A DNA stretch of 64,000 nt. Source: Alphaproteobacteria bacterium (GTDB taxonomy: Bacteria > Pseudomonadota > Alphaproteobacteria > UBA8366 > GCA-2717185). Positions within the stretch are counted from its first letter, which is position 1; the number at the start of each line of letters is the position of its first letter. A program made the translations under genes and the position numbers. The notes under the pieces were generated by a model. The model did not search any database, had not been told where the DNA came from, and worked only from the letters and a program-made list of their open reading frames with translations. The stretch is from the NCBI GenBank assembly GCA_021774385.1, contig JAJFJC010000261.1, positions 2,413 through 66,412 on the forward strand. The letters run 5' to 3'. Positions 25,714-34,623 of the stretch are shown in pieces.

Positions 25714-25841
25714 GGTTTCACCCTCCTCTACTGACATATCGAATTCTTCAATTCGCCACCCACGGTGCGGTCAGCATATGCCGACCATTCGGGCGATGCC
25801 ATCGCGTGCAATTTAGCCCATGACGACACATAAATATCTGT

Positions 25842-25856
25842 GCACATAGTGTGCCA
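25842..25856 (-). promoter_or_regulatory. Candidate sigma-54 promoter of flbT-flaF
   Basis: The minus strand reads TGGCACACTATGTGC, with GG-N10-GC spacing. It lies about 130 nt upstream of the flbT start. Confidence 0.5.
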
Positions 25857-25880
25857 CAGCTTCGAAAAACAAACAGAAAT

Positions 25881-25918
25881 AAAACAAAAAAAGGGCGGCG
25901 AAAAATTCGCCGCCCCCC
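25881..25918 (-). terminator. Rho-independent terminator downstream of flagellin 1
   Basis: The minus-strand RNA reads GGGCGGCGAA-UUU-UUCGCCGCCC followed by UUUUUUUGUUUU. This is a 10-bp GC-rich stem plus a U-tract, about 25 nt after the flagellin stop. Confidence 0.85.
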
Positions 25919-25942
25919 CCTTGTAGAGTGTCTTGTGCTGGC

Positions 25943-26770
25943 TTAACCGAACAGTGCGAGAATCGAACGTTCGCTCTGACTTGCCAATGCCAAGGAGTTA
26001 ATGCCCAACTGCTGTCTTGTTTGAAGAGCCAGCAGATTGGCGCTTTCCTCGTTAAGGTCGGCCTGCGTCAGCTTGGTTGCACCACCTTCCAGGGTATTAA
26101 CCAGGTCAGCCGTGAAATCGAACCGCGCGGTAAGGACCGACGCATTGGAGCCCAAGGTGGACGCCGTTGTCCGTAGGGTCGTCAACGCCGAATTGACCGC
26201 GGTAATCGCTGCATCAATGTTCGTATCGGCGGCGAAATCGCCCTGAGCAACGTCGATATTGATGCCAGCGGCGGCGGTCGTGGTATCGACACCCGAAATT
26301 GTCAACGCGCTCGAACCGTCCTCGTTGAAGTTGACGGTCAAGTTATCGGGTGTCGTCTTCAAGAGATTTGTACCGGCGAAACTGGTATCGTTGGTAATCG
26401 CATCGATTTGGCTAAGAAGCGCATTGAACTGAACGCCAAGTGAAGAGCGCTCGTTCGTGTCACTCGTCGCCTTCGCCGTGATCGCCAAACCTTTGGCTTG
26501 TTCCGCCAGTTCGGTAATAGCGTCGATACCGGCAATAGCGGCCTCGACCGCACTAATACCCTGATCGATATCGGATTTCAGACCATCCAAATCACTCGCC
26601 CGGGAAGTCAAGGATTGTGACGCAAAAAATGCAGATGCGTCATCAAGCGCTGAGTTCACGCGAAGGCCAGTAGCTAGTCTGTTCTGAGTAGAGTCAATTT
26701 GGCGTTGTGTAAGCTGAAGTGTCAGCAGATTGGAACGAACAGCGCCGGATAGTGAAATACTGTCAGCCAT
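25943..26770 (-). CDS. Flagellin (short alphaproteobacterial type, 275 aa), copy 1
   Basis: The N-terminus is SGAVRSNLLTLQLTQRQIDSTQNRLATGLRVNSALDDASAFFASQSL. The C-terminus is ADLNEESANLLALQTRQQLGINSLALASQSERSILALFG. Both are conserved flagellin D0/D1 helices. Confidence 0.92.
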   Translation of the reverse strand: MADSISLSGAVRSNLLTLQLTQRQIDSTQNRLATGLRVNSALDDASAFFASQSLTSRASDLDGLKSDIDQGISAVEAAIAGIDAITELAEQAKGLAITAKATSDTNERSSLGVQFNALLSQIDAITNDTSFAGTNLLKTTPDNLTVNFNEDGSSALTISGVDTTTAAAGINIDVAQGDFAADTNIDAAITAVNSALTTLRTTASTLGSNASVLTARFDFTADLVNTLEGGATKLTQADLNEESANLLALQTRQQLGINSLALASQSERSILALFG

Positions 26771-26921
26771 TTAATTTCCCTTTCTAGGAATAAACAGGTT
26801 GCATTCTACAACCTTATGTTTCAATCGTAATAACGACACATAATTTACGTATCGTGGATGACGTTCTGTCATCCTTCCGCCTACCTTGTCGGCGGATCAT
26901 TAGGACCGACATGATAGGCAA

Positions 26922-26936
26922 GCAAACTATGTGCCA
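26922..26936 (-). promoter_or_regulatory. Sigma-54 promoter of flagellin 1 (perfect consensus)
   Basis: The minus strand reads TGGCACATAGTTTGC (TGGCAC-N5-TTGC). It lies about 150 nt upstream of the start at 26770, implying a leader of about 140 nt. Confidence 0.75.
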
Positions 26937-27031
26937 CATGGAACTAGCACATGATCTCCATGTGTAGCCTTGGACACAAATTATCCTCGAAAAGTAAACA
27001 AAAGGTTTATGGCAAGAATTTCCGGCCGGGC

Positions 27032-27046
27032 CGGCAAATTTTGCCG
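27032..27046. promoter_or_regulatory. Perfect dyad CGGCAAA-T-TTTGCCG (GGCAA-N3-TTGCC), candidate bEBP/FlbD enhancer for flagellin 1
   Basis: It is a 7-bp inverted repeat. Its centre is about 110 bp upstream of the sigma-54 promoter at 26922-26936. Confidence 0.5.
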
Positions 27047-27089
27047 AGCCCGATGGAAAATCTTGCCGACTCTCTAGGCGGTCGTGATC

Positions 27090-27917
27090 TTAACCGAAGA
27101 GGTTCAGGATAGCTCTTTCACTTTGCGCCGCCAGCGAAAGTGAGTTCAAACCCAGTTGTTGACGGGTCTGTAACGATAGCAAATTCGCGCTTTCCTCATT
27201 AAGGTCGGCAAGCGTCAGTTTGCCGGCACCTTCGTCCAACGTATTGACAAGGTCCTCGGTGAAATCCAGGCGGGTTTGCAGCACCGAATTGTTCGAACCC
27301 AACGTCGCCGCGGTCGTGCGCAATGTGGTCAACGCATTGCGTGTCGCTGTCAAAGCCAAATCGATGTTCGTGTCGGCGGCAAAATCACCGATTGCCCCCG
27401 CGACGTTGATACCAGTCGCGGCCGTTGTCGAATCAATACCAAGAATGGTGATCTGGCTCGAAGAATCCTCATTGAAATCCACGACCAAGTTATCGGGCGT
27501 GGCCTGAATAATATTCTGCCCGTTGTAGCTTGAGTCGTTGGAGAGATTATCGATCTGTAGAAGCAAAGCGTTGAACTGCACACCAAGCGAAGATCGTTCG
27601 TTGGTATCGCCGGTCGCCTTTGCGGTAATCGCAATACCTTGGGCCTGCTCGATAAGCTGCGTGATCGACTCAATACCATTGACCGCCGCCGTCAAAGCGC
27701 TAATAGATTGATCTATATTATCCTTAAGACGGTTTAGATCGTCTGCCCGAAAACTTAACGCCCGTGCCGCGAAGAATGCGGCAGCGTCGTCGAGCGCGGA
27801 ATTAACCTTCAAGCCCGTGGCGAGACGCACCTGTGTCCGGTCGCCGAGGTCAATTGTCCGTTGCAGCGTAAGCAAATTGCTTCGGATCGCAGCCGAAAGC
27901 GCAATTTTTTCCGCCAT
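27090..27917 (-). CDS. Flagellin (275 aa), copy 2, diverged tandem paralogue of copy 1
   Basis: It has the same length and architecture as copy 1. The shared block is ITAKATGDTNERSSLGVQFNALLLQID (ITAKATSDTNERSSLGVQFNALLSQID in copy 1). The C-terminus is ADLNEESANLLSLQTRQQLGLNSLSLAAQSERAILNLFG. Confidence 0.92.
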   Translation of the reverse strand: MAEKIALSAAIRSNLLTLQRTIDLGDRTQVRLATGLKVNSALDDAAAFFAARALSFRADDLNRLKDNIDQSISALTAAVNGIESITQLIEQAQGIAITAKATGDTNERSSLGVQFNALLLQIDNLSNDSSYNGQNIIQATPDNLVVDFNEDSSSQITILGIDSTTAATGINVAGAIGDFAADTNIDLALTATRNALTTLRTTAATLGSNNSVLQTRLDFTEDLVNTLDEGAGKLTLADLNEESANLLSLQTRQQLGLNSLSLAAQSERAILNLFG

Positions 27918-28027
27918 TTCCTTACTCCTATTCTGGATGCGCGCAATTTGCGCGTTCTTTCAATCTTTCCGAAGCGAGCCCCGCCATAACGTCGTCGGAT
28001 CCGCCAATGTGCTTCAATCCAGAATTG

Positions 28028-28042
28028 GCAATGCTCATGCCA
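28028..28042 (-). promoter_or_regulatory. Sigma-54 promoter of flagellin 2
   Basis: The minus strand reads TGGCATGAGCATTGC, with GG-N10-GC spacing and a TTGC -12 element. It lies about 110 nt upstream of the start at 27917. Confidence 0.7.
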
Positions 28043-28130
28043 AGCGGCAAAACCTATTTAACCTATTGGTAAACCTAGTATTTCTTTGAAGTCGCGCTTC
28101 TATAAACCGGGTCAATGCCCAGTTCTGCCG

Positions 28131-28143
28131 GGTAAGTATTGCC
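28131..28143. promoter_or_regulatory. Dyad GGTAA-N3-TTGCC, candidate enhancer for flagellin 2
   Basis: GGTAAGTATTGCC has one mismatch to GGCAA-N3-TTGCC. Its centre is about 102 bp upstream of the sigma-54 promoter at 28028-28042, similar to the flagellin 1 offset. Confidence 0.4.
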
Positions 28144-28158
28144 CCGAATCGGCAGTTC

Positions 28159-29265
28159 TTACCCGCTCGTGGCACTCACGACGGCATTACGCACATCGCG
28201 AATTTCCGCAACGCCGATATCCTGGGAAAACGGTAACCCAATGACGGAAGTGGCGAGGGATTCCGTAACGGGAAGAGGCAAGCGGGGCATGTTCTTGAAA
28301 GCCGCCATCCTATGGCATCCCGCTCCCCACCATTGACGTGTCGCGATACCCGCATTTGACAGTACCGACATGGCCCGTTCGGCATGCCCTTCGGTCAATT
28401 GTATATTGAAAGTCGAGTGCACCTGTGATGCAAAAAAACCAGGAGCCGGCCGAACCTTAGGCACCTCGACAAATGCTTCCCGGTATCGCGCGCCCGCCGC
28501 CGCAAAAGCCGCCCGGGTCTCCGGCCAACGATCCAGCGCGGCCATACCAACCGCCGCCGTGTATTCGCTTATTTTCGCGTTCAAACCATCGAGTTCAGCC
28601 TCCCGGCGCGCCGCGAAACCAAAATTCGATAAAGCCCGAATTCGGGCGGAGAGCACCTTATCCCGGCTTCCAACCAACGCCCCTTCGCCTATGCCAAGAA
28701 CCTTTGTGGCGTGCAGGCTAATCACAACCGGTGCATCGCCGAATTGCGCACCGTCAAACGCCGCCGCCGCATCAACGACAACAGGGATCCCGGTATCCTG
28801 ACGAAACGTCTCCCAGCCCTCGATATCCACCGGCGCACCAAACGCCGAAATCGCCATAACCGCGCCGACCGGCCCGCCTATCTCTTTGAGTGCTCGTCGC
28901 GCGATGTCTGGCGTCAGCATCCATGTCGCGGCATCGACATCGACGAACAAAGGCTGCATCCCGGCCCATCGCGCGGCATGCGCGCTCGCCGCGAAGGTCC
29001 ATGACGGCATAACGCAATAGGCACCAGATTCAGGTTCATAGGCCCTCAGGCTAAGCATCAATCCCATCGTGCCACTTGCCACGCAAACCATTGTCTCCAT
29101 ACTTAAATCCAACGATTTTGCAAGGCGCTCCTCAAATGCGTTAACCATTGGTCCGAAATTTGAATACCAGCGTGCCTGGTCAATCCGCCGCAAGTACGGC
29201 AACAATGCGTCAGCCGTCGGCAACAACGGTCGCATTAGCGGTATTCGCGGATTTTGCGTTGTCAT
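28159..29265 (-). CDS. DegT/DnrJ/EryC1/StrS-family PLP-dependent (sugar) aminotransferase
   Basis: 368 aa with the family pattern SGTMGLMLSL. The PLP-lysine context is VISLHATKVLGIGEGALV. Confidence 0.8.
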   Translation of the reverse strand: MTTQNPRIPLMRPLLPTADALLPYLRRIDQARWYSNFGPMVNAFEERLAKSLDLSMETMVCVASGTMGLMLSLRAYEPESGAYCVMPSWTFAASAHAARWAGMQPLFVDVDAATWMLTPDIARRALKEIGGPVGAVMAISAFGAPVDIEGWETFRQDTGIPVVVDAAAAFDGAQFGDAPVVISLHATKVLGIGEGALVGSRDKVLSARIRALSNFGFAARREAELDGLNAKISEYTAAVGMAALDRWPETRAAFAAAGARYREAFVEVPKVRPAPGFFASQVHSTFNIQLTEGHAERAMSVLSNAGIATRQWWGAGCHRMAAFKNMPRLPLPVTESLATSVIGLPFSQDIGVAEIRDVRNAVVSATSG

Positions 29266-29421
29266 GCAATGATTCCGGCTCGTGGATTCAATTTCACATC
29301 GTTCCTAGCACGATTCACGCCGAACGACGGCCCTTACACCATTCAAAGCCACGCGGTGCACAAAATCTAATCGGAAAACAGCATTGCAACAGCACCGCAA
29401 TCGCGGCTAAATCGGAAAATC

Positions 29422-30219
29422 ATGACCCACGAGTTCCCGACAAACGAAACCGAACCACGGGATGCGCTTTCGGCGGACGGATGGTTCCTTTCTCGACAGG
29501 CTGTGCCCGATGCGCTGCTTATCCGGCTCCGCGACGACCTGCAATCAATCTACAAGAAACGGCGGGCAATCCAGATTCGCAACGGTATCGGTGAGGGCAT
29601 GGTCGGAACCTGTCATCACCTTCTCGGTGAAAACAGCGCAATGGACGACCTTATAAAATTGTTGCCTTTGCACGACGAAGTTCGATCCTTTTTTGGTAGC
29701 CCCTACATTCTCAATTCTTTTGGCGGATTTATAAACAAGAAGGAGAACGCCGAAGGCTACATCGGCGCGATTCATAGAGACGTACGAACTTTTTCGCGCG
29801 ATTTCAGACTAATGATCAATATGCTGGTTATGCTCGACGATTTCACCACCGAAAACGGCGCAACATATCTCATGCCCGGTTCGCAACACGACCCCGACAA
29901 GCCTACGGAACATCAATTTCGCGACGCGGCGGTTCGCGCCACTGGCACGGCGGGCGATATTTTAGTATTCGATTCGAGGCTTTGGCATGCCGCTGGTTCG
30001 AATGCGACAACGCAGTCCAGGTGCGCGCTAACCCTGACATTTACGCGCCCCTTCTTCAAACCACAGCTCGATTATCCCCAATTCTTGGGCGAAAACTACG
30101 CCATGTCCCTATCACCCGAAGTTCGACAAGTGCTTGGATATGATGCGCAGGTCCCGCGCAGCATCGACGCGTTTTACCAACCGCCCGCGCGGCGTGCCTA
30201 TAAATCCGACCAAGGATAA
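29422..30219 (+). CDS. Phytanoyl-CoA dioxygenase (PhyH)-family Fe(II)/2-oxoglutarate oxygenase
   Basis: 265 aa. The HxD-type ligand context is GAIHRDVR, the distal His context is RLWHAAGSN, and YLMPGSQH is also present. Confidence 0.7.
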   Translation: MTHEFPTNETEPRDALSADGWFLSRQAVPDALLIRLRDDLQSIYKKRRAIQIRNGIGEGMVGTCHHLLGENSAMDDLIKLLPLHDEVRSFFGSPYILNSFGGFINKKENAEGYIGAIHRDVRTFSRDFRLMINMLVMLDDFTTENGATYLMPGSQHDPDKPTEHQFRDAAVRATGTAGDILVFDSRLWHAAGSNATTQSRCALTLTFTRPFFKPQLDYPQFLGENYAMSLSPEVRQVLGYDAQVPRSIDAFYQPPARRAYKSDQG

Positions 30220-30234
30220 CAAGGAAGCCGCCCC

Positions 30235-30966
30235 ATGGCCGATATTCACCGAGAATTCGACGAATTGAACCGGATTGCCGAGGATTATGACGACGGCCCT
30301 TTCGACAACGCAATGCGAAACTACATGATGCGCAGCCTAAAACCGCATTTGCGCGCAGGTAAAGCCTTGGAAATGGGTTGCTTCAATGGCGCCTTTTCCG
30401 TCTGCCTCGCGCAAGAATTCGGCGACTTGACGGTTGTCGACGCCGTGGACCAATTTCTTGACATCGTACGGGTAAAATTAGGCGCAAGTGTGCAAACTGT
30501 CTGCTGCCTGTTCGAAGATTACGATACCGACGAGCGGTATGATTCGATCTTTATCGTCCATGTCCTGGAGCACCTGCTGGATCCCGTGGCAATACTGCGC
30601 AAGGCAAAATCTCTACTCGCCCCGAATGGCCGAATTTTTTTGGTCGTCCCAAACGGCGCTGCGGCGTCACGGCGCATTGCCGTCAAAATGGGAATACTCC
30701 CGACACTGGACGCCTTGTCGGAGGCGGATACCAAACACGGGCATCGGCGTATCTACTTCTTCGACACGCTTGCTAACGACGCTCGTCGGGCCGGCCTGGA
30801 CATCGTCGAAACTGGTGGCATATTTTTCAAACCACTCGCCAATTTTCAATTTGATGAACTGATGGGCGGACCGCTATTAAGCGAAGGCTTTCTTGAAGGG
30901 TGTTACCAGCTTGGCAAGGAGGAGCCTGGGTTTTCCGCAAGTATTTTCGCCATTTGCGAGGCCTAA
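30235..30966 (+). CDS. Class I SAM-dependent methyltransferase
   Basis: 243 aa. Motif I is KALEMGCFNGAFS. The post-I acidic residue is in LTVVDAV, and the motif II/III region is YDSIFIVHVLEHLLDP...LLAPNGRIFLVVPN. Confidence 0.75.
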   Translation: MADIHREFDELNRIAEDYDDGPFDNAMRNYMMRSLKPHLRAGKALEMGCFNGAFSVCLAQEFGDLTVVDAVDQFLDIVRVKLGASVQTVCCLFEDYDTDERYDSIFIVHVLEHLLDPVAILRKAKSLLAPNGRIFLVVPNGAAASRRIAVKMGILPTLDALSEADTKHGHRRIYFFDTLANDARRAGLDIVETGGIFFKPLANFQFDELMGGPLLSEGFLEGCYQLGKEEPGFSASIFAICEA

Positions 30967-31034
30967 CCCCCTCTTTACCCTTCGGTCGCGACGGCATACG
31001 ATTACATATTGCATAACTTTTTGTCGGAAAACTG

Positions 31035-32111
31035 ATGCCTCGGACAGCGACTATCGACCTTCGGACCGAAGAATTATCACCCGTAAGCGGCCCGGCGGCC
31101 TGGTACGGCCCCCACATGGCCACGCAGTCCGATTCTTGGATTTACCACTTAAGCAAAGCTCATATCGCCGAATTCATGGAAGCGATCGATGCGGTCCGTA
31201 ACCGAGAAGTTCTAGAAATCCGCAAGAGTGATTTCCGGCTGCCGAAATTGGGTGAGCTCCTTCGTGAAATTCGGGCGGAAACACTGCATGGTCGTGGTTT
31301 TTCCCTACTTCGCGGCATCCCGGTCTCGGCATTGAGCAGCCGTGAGGCAGCGATTGGGTTTTGGGGCATCGGACAACACCTTGGTCAGGCGGTTTCTCAA
31401 AATGGTAAGGGCCATGTTTTGGGGCATGTGCAAGACCTCGGTCTGGACTATGCCAGTCCGCAGGCACGTGGCTATCAAACCAGCGCCCGCCTGCCTTACC
31501 ATACCGATTCATCCGATTTGGTTTGTCTATTATCTTTGCAAACCCCGCAATCAGGGGGCCTTAGCAGCATCGTCAGTTCGGTTACGGTTTACAACGAATT
31601 GCTGCGCGCCAACCCTGAATTTGTCGAACTCTTGACCAACCCTGTCTATCGCACGCGGTGGGGCGAAGTCCCGGAAGGCAAAAAACCCTATAGTGAAATT
31701 CCGGTTTTCAATCCCCACCAAGGAAACGTCATCACAACCTATGTCCGAAGCGCTATTCGCAAGGGTCAGAAACTCGCCGGCGTTCCGCGCCTCACCGACG
31801 AACACGAGAAAGCGTTTGATAGGATTGATGCCTTAGCGGGTGACGCCGCGCTGCGCTTGGATATGGAATTTCAGGTTGGCGATATCCAAATTCTGAACAA
31901 CCACCAAATCATGCATTCCCGCACGGCCTACAAGGACCATGATGAACCAGCCCGACGACGCCACCTCCTGCGGCTTTGGCTCGCTTGCGAGGACGGTCCC
32001 GCCCTGCCACCGGTGATGACGACTACCCACCAGGGAACGACGAAAAGCGGCAGACCGAATGGAATCCAAGTTCCGGGCGTTCCCTTCAAAGCCCCCCTAA
32101 CGGCGGAATAA
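31035..32111 (+). CDS. TauD/TfdA (clavaminate-synthase-like) family Fe(II)/2-oxoglutarate dioxygenase
   Basis: 358 aa. The HxD motif is in LPYHTDSSD. The distal His and Arg are in NHQIMHSRTAYKD...RRHLLRLW. Confidence 0.7.
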   Translation: MPRTATIDLRTEELSPVSGPAAWYGPHMATQSDSWIYHLSKAHIAEFMEAIDAVRNREVLEIRKSDFRLPKLGELLREIRAETLHGRGFSLLRGIPVSALSSREAAIGFWGIGQHLGQAVSQNGKGHVLGHVQDLGLDYASPQARGYQTSARLPYHTDSSDLVCLLSLQTPQSGGLSSIVSSVTVYNELLRANPEFVELLTNPVYRTRWGEVPEGKKPYSEIPVFNPHQGNVITTYVRSAIRKGQKLAGVPRLTDEHEKAFDRIDALAGDAALRLDMEFQVGDIQILNNHQIMHSRTAYKDHDEPARRRHLLRLWLACEDGPALPPVMTTTHQGTTKSGRPNGIQVPGVPFKAPLTAE

Positions 32112-32121
32112 ACAAGGGAAT

Positions 32122-32676
32122 TCAAGGCTGCTGACCGCGTCCGGTGTGCTTGAAATACCGGTCCCGTGTGATGCCTAAAATGACATTGTCGTGGAATTGG
32201 TTGCGGCGAAAAAATGCGCGCGCCTTGCGACCCTCTTCAATCCACCCACACTTGCCAAGATATAGTCCCAGCGATGCGATATTGTGGGCAATTATCGTCG
32301 TATCGAGTCGTTCAAGGCCCAATTCCTCAAAGGCATAGCGCATCGTCGCTCGCACCGCGTCGGCGCCGAAGCCCTTGCGCCGCAAGGCCGGCATGCCGAC
32401 CATGATGCCAGTGAAGGCATTTCTGTCTTTCCAATTGATATTCACCAGATTCGTCATGCCGATTGGGCCATATTCGATTGTATCAATAACGAAGCGTTGG
32501 TCTAAGCCATCATGACGAAAGGTTTCAAACCACTGCAGTATCGCGGTTTCGGAAAGAGGGAAATGCCACTGCCCCAAATTAAACTGAATTTCCGGATCGT
32601 TAGCCCACTGGTGTAGCGCCGCCAAATCGGATTTTTCCACCGCGCGTAGTGTTATTTTGTCACCATGGACATTCAT
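32122..32676 (-). CDS. GNAT-family N-acetyltransferase (RimJ/RimL-like)
   Basis: 184 aa. The acetyl-CoA pocket pattern is TGIMVGMPALRRKGFGADAVRATMRYAFEELGLERL. Confidence 0.75.
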   Translation of the reverse strand: MNVHGDKITLRAVEKSDLAALHQWANDPEIQFNLGQWHFPLSETAILQWFETFRHDGLDQRFVIDTIEYGPIGMTNLVNINWKDRNAFTGIMVGMPALRRKGFGADAVRATMRYAFEELGLERLDTTIIAHNIASLGLYLGKCGWIEEGRKARAFFRRNQFHDNVILGITRDRYFKHTGRGQQP

Positions 32677-32692
32677 CCCTCAATTCCTTTCC

Positions 32693-33589
32693 TCAACCAA
32701 CCATCGATGCCCGATAAGCTGGGAAATAGCCTGTGTCGTGGTCGATGTTCGCACCACTTAGTTCACTGTAACGCGCTGGATCCAACACTTTACCGCACAA
32801 ATAGGCCGATTTCGCGCAATTCGAAAAGCCGCGCTTGAAACGTGCCAGACCATCATTCGAGTTCTCTTCCAGTCCCGCGCCGCCGCCTAGATCAAACGTT
32901 TTGACATCATCGAAGCGCCGAAACGCGGCATCATACAATAGATACGCAGCGCCATGGCGCCTGCCCGTCTCGCTCGACGCGGCTAAATGGCTGTGCATGT
33001 GGTCCCCACAACGTACCCACAAGTGACAGGCCACGAGTTCCCCACCGACGAACGCGCCAAAACTCACCAAACCATCCAGGTCGGCGAGTCGCTGAAATAT
33101 TCGAACCGAGAAGGCGGCGGTCCCAACGATATGGTGACGGGACACCAATTCCTCATAAAGGCGTAGCCAATCGGCCATATGTTCGGCAAGGCCTATCTCT
33201 CGAATTTCTGCATCCGCACGCCGCAATTCATAGCGATGATGCTTGGAATAGGCCGGGTACAATTCCGTCCTGCGATGGAAATAGTGAGTTTTAAATTCTT
33301 TATATATATCAAAATACTGTGAAGGTTTATTATCACGAATTTTGAAGAAAGGATCCGCCACGAAAACAACCGAAACCAAACCGGCATCACGTAACCTATC
33401 CAATCCGGCTTGTATATCGATGTTTTCACCGAAGACCGCGACAGGGTAGCAGCCCACGGCATCGGCGACGGCCATTCCTTCGATAGGCCGGCGAAGAACG
33501 CAAAGTCCCCATTCGGGAACGGGAATTACACGATCAACCTCCTCGGCAAGCAATTCCGCATATTGCCGACTGGCATAAGGATGTATCAT
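32693..33589 (-). CDS. FemAB-like / Acetyltransf_6-type GNAT-fold acyl- or aminoacyl-transferase
   Basis: 298 aa. The C-terminal pattern FDLGGGAGLEENSNDGLARFKRGFSN is typical of the PF13480-type family, as I recall it. It overlaps the upstream PLP-enzyme gene by 4 nt. Confidence 0.55.
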   Translation of the reverse strand: MIHPYASRQYAELLAEEVDRVIPVPEWGLCVLRRPIEGMAVADAVGCYPVAVFGENIDIQAGLDRLRDAGLVSVVFVADPFFKIRDNKPSQYFDIYKEFKTHYFHRRTELYPAYSKHHRYELRRADAEIREIGLAEHMADWLRLYEELVSRHHIVGTAAFSVRIFQRLADLDGLVSFGAFVGGELVACHLWVRCGDHMHSHLAASSETGRRHGAAYLLYDAAFRRFDDVKTFDLGGGAGLEENSNDGLARFKRGFSNCAKSAYLCGKVLDPARYSELSGANIDHDTGYFPAYRASMVG

Positions 33590-34623
33590 TCGAGAGCGTC
33601 CATGAAAGCCGTCGCGACAAATGCCATGTCGTCGCCATTATACCGTTGATCGCAGGGCAACAGCAGCAGTTCCCGGCTTAGCGCGTGAGCCGCGGGAAAC
33701 ATTGAGCGCTCGGAGGGCAGATCCGGCCAATAACGCGCGGGGAAAATTCGATTGGCGCGTAGCCTCTCCCAAACCGCATCCCGGTTCCTGATTCGAACAG
33801 GAAACCCCATGGGAACAAATTCTGGCTCTAAATCTGGAAATAACGCGAATTCCTGCAGCTTTCCCGCGAGAAACGTATAATTTTCACACCGCCGCCGGCT
33901 TGCCGATGCCGCATCGATACCAGCCAGCAACCGCCGGGTTATGTCAGAAATCGGCTCATCGGAGACGGTCATTTCCGCCTCGACTTGACGATAGGCATCA
34001 TACCATCGCCGATTATCGCGCTCTTCAGCATCATCACGCCGCATCACGCGCGGGCGTTCCCGGTTTTTCGAGGTGTGTTCGGGGTGGGCAACCGGCTTCA
34101 AATGTCCCCCTGAATGGACCATGATCCCGCCATCGGGAACGCCGAATAGTTTTCGGGGGCTATAAAGAACCCAATTTGCCCAAGGTTCGGCCGCGGGCAT
34201 CAACGCTTGCGCACGATCCTCGACCCACAAAACCTCGTGCGTTTGCGCGACGAAGGATCGAAACATCTGTTCCGGCTGACAGCCGAAATAATCCACCGCG
34301 AGGACACAATCTCCCTCACGAAGCGACCGTGAAAGGACATCGGTATCGGGTGATAGCCGATTAATCAGGGGGTAAAAAAGGACCTCTCGTTCCTCCCCTG
34401 CCGCGCTAACCAGTTCGCGGCATATAAATTCCGGCAAAAATAGGCGCTTTATCTCGAATTGTTGCAGTAAGTGAGCCAGCGCACTGCGAGCATTGGCGAA
34501 AAACCAGGCGTTCGTCTCTTCGACATCCCATAATGAAAGTACATTTTCGGAGATATTTGGGCTTAGGGATTCCAACGGCAGGAAACCGCCGATAGCGCGC
34601 CTATTTACGGCTGGCGTCGACAT
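33586..34623 (-). CDS. DegT-like PLP-dependent transferase (second aminotransferase-fold enzyme), 345 aa
   Basis: I chose the ATG at 34623, which gives MSTPAVNRRAIGG... This start shares one base with the upstream stop (TAATG). The track ORF extends to 34749, inside the upstream gene. The Lys context is WVLYSPRKLFGVPDGGIMV. Confidence 0.55.
   Translation of the reverse strand: MSTPAVNRRAIGGFLPLESLSPNISENVLSLWDVEETNAWFFANARSALAHLLQQFEIKRLFLPEFICRELVSAAGEEREVLFYPLINRLSPDTDVLSRSLREGDCVLAVDYFGCQPEQMFRSFVAQTHEVLWVEDRAQALMPAAEPWANWVLYSPRKLFGVPDGGIMVHSGGHLKPVAHPEHTSKNRERPRVMRRDDAEERDNRRWYDAYRQVEAEMTVSDEPISDITRRLLAGIDAASASRRRCENYTFLAGKLQEFALFPDLEPEFVPMGFPVRIRNRDAVWERLRANRIFPARYWPDLPSERSMFPAAHALSRELLLLPCDQRYNGDDMAFVATAFMDALE

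Noticed and set aside
26937-27089. Terminator for flagellin 2 in the inter-flagellin spacer.
   Set aside because: Short GC stems exist (CCGGC-CGG-GCCGG near 27022-27034 and GGCAA-ATT-TTGCC), but none is followed by a U-tract on the minus strand. The second stem is the dyad I interpret as an enhancer site.
29373-29387. GGAAAACAGCATTGC upstream of the PhyH-family gene as a sigma-54 promoter.
   Set aside because: The spacing is GG-N11-GC rather than GG-N10-GC, and the -24 half lacks the conserved C.
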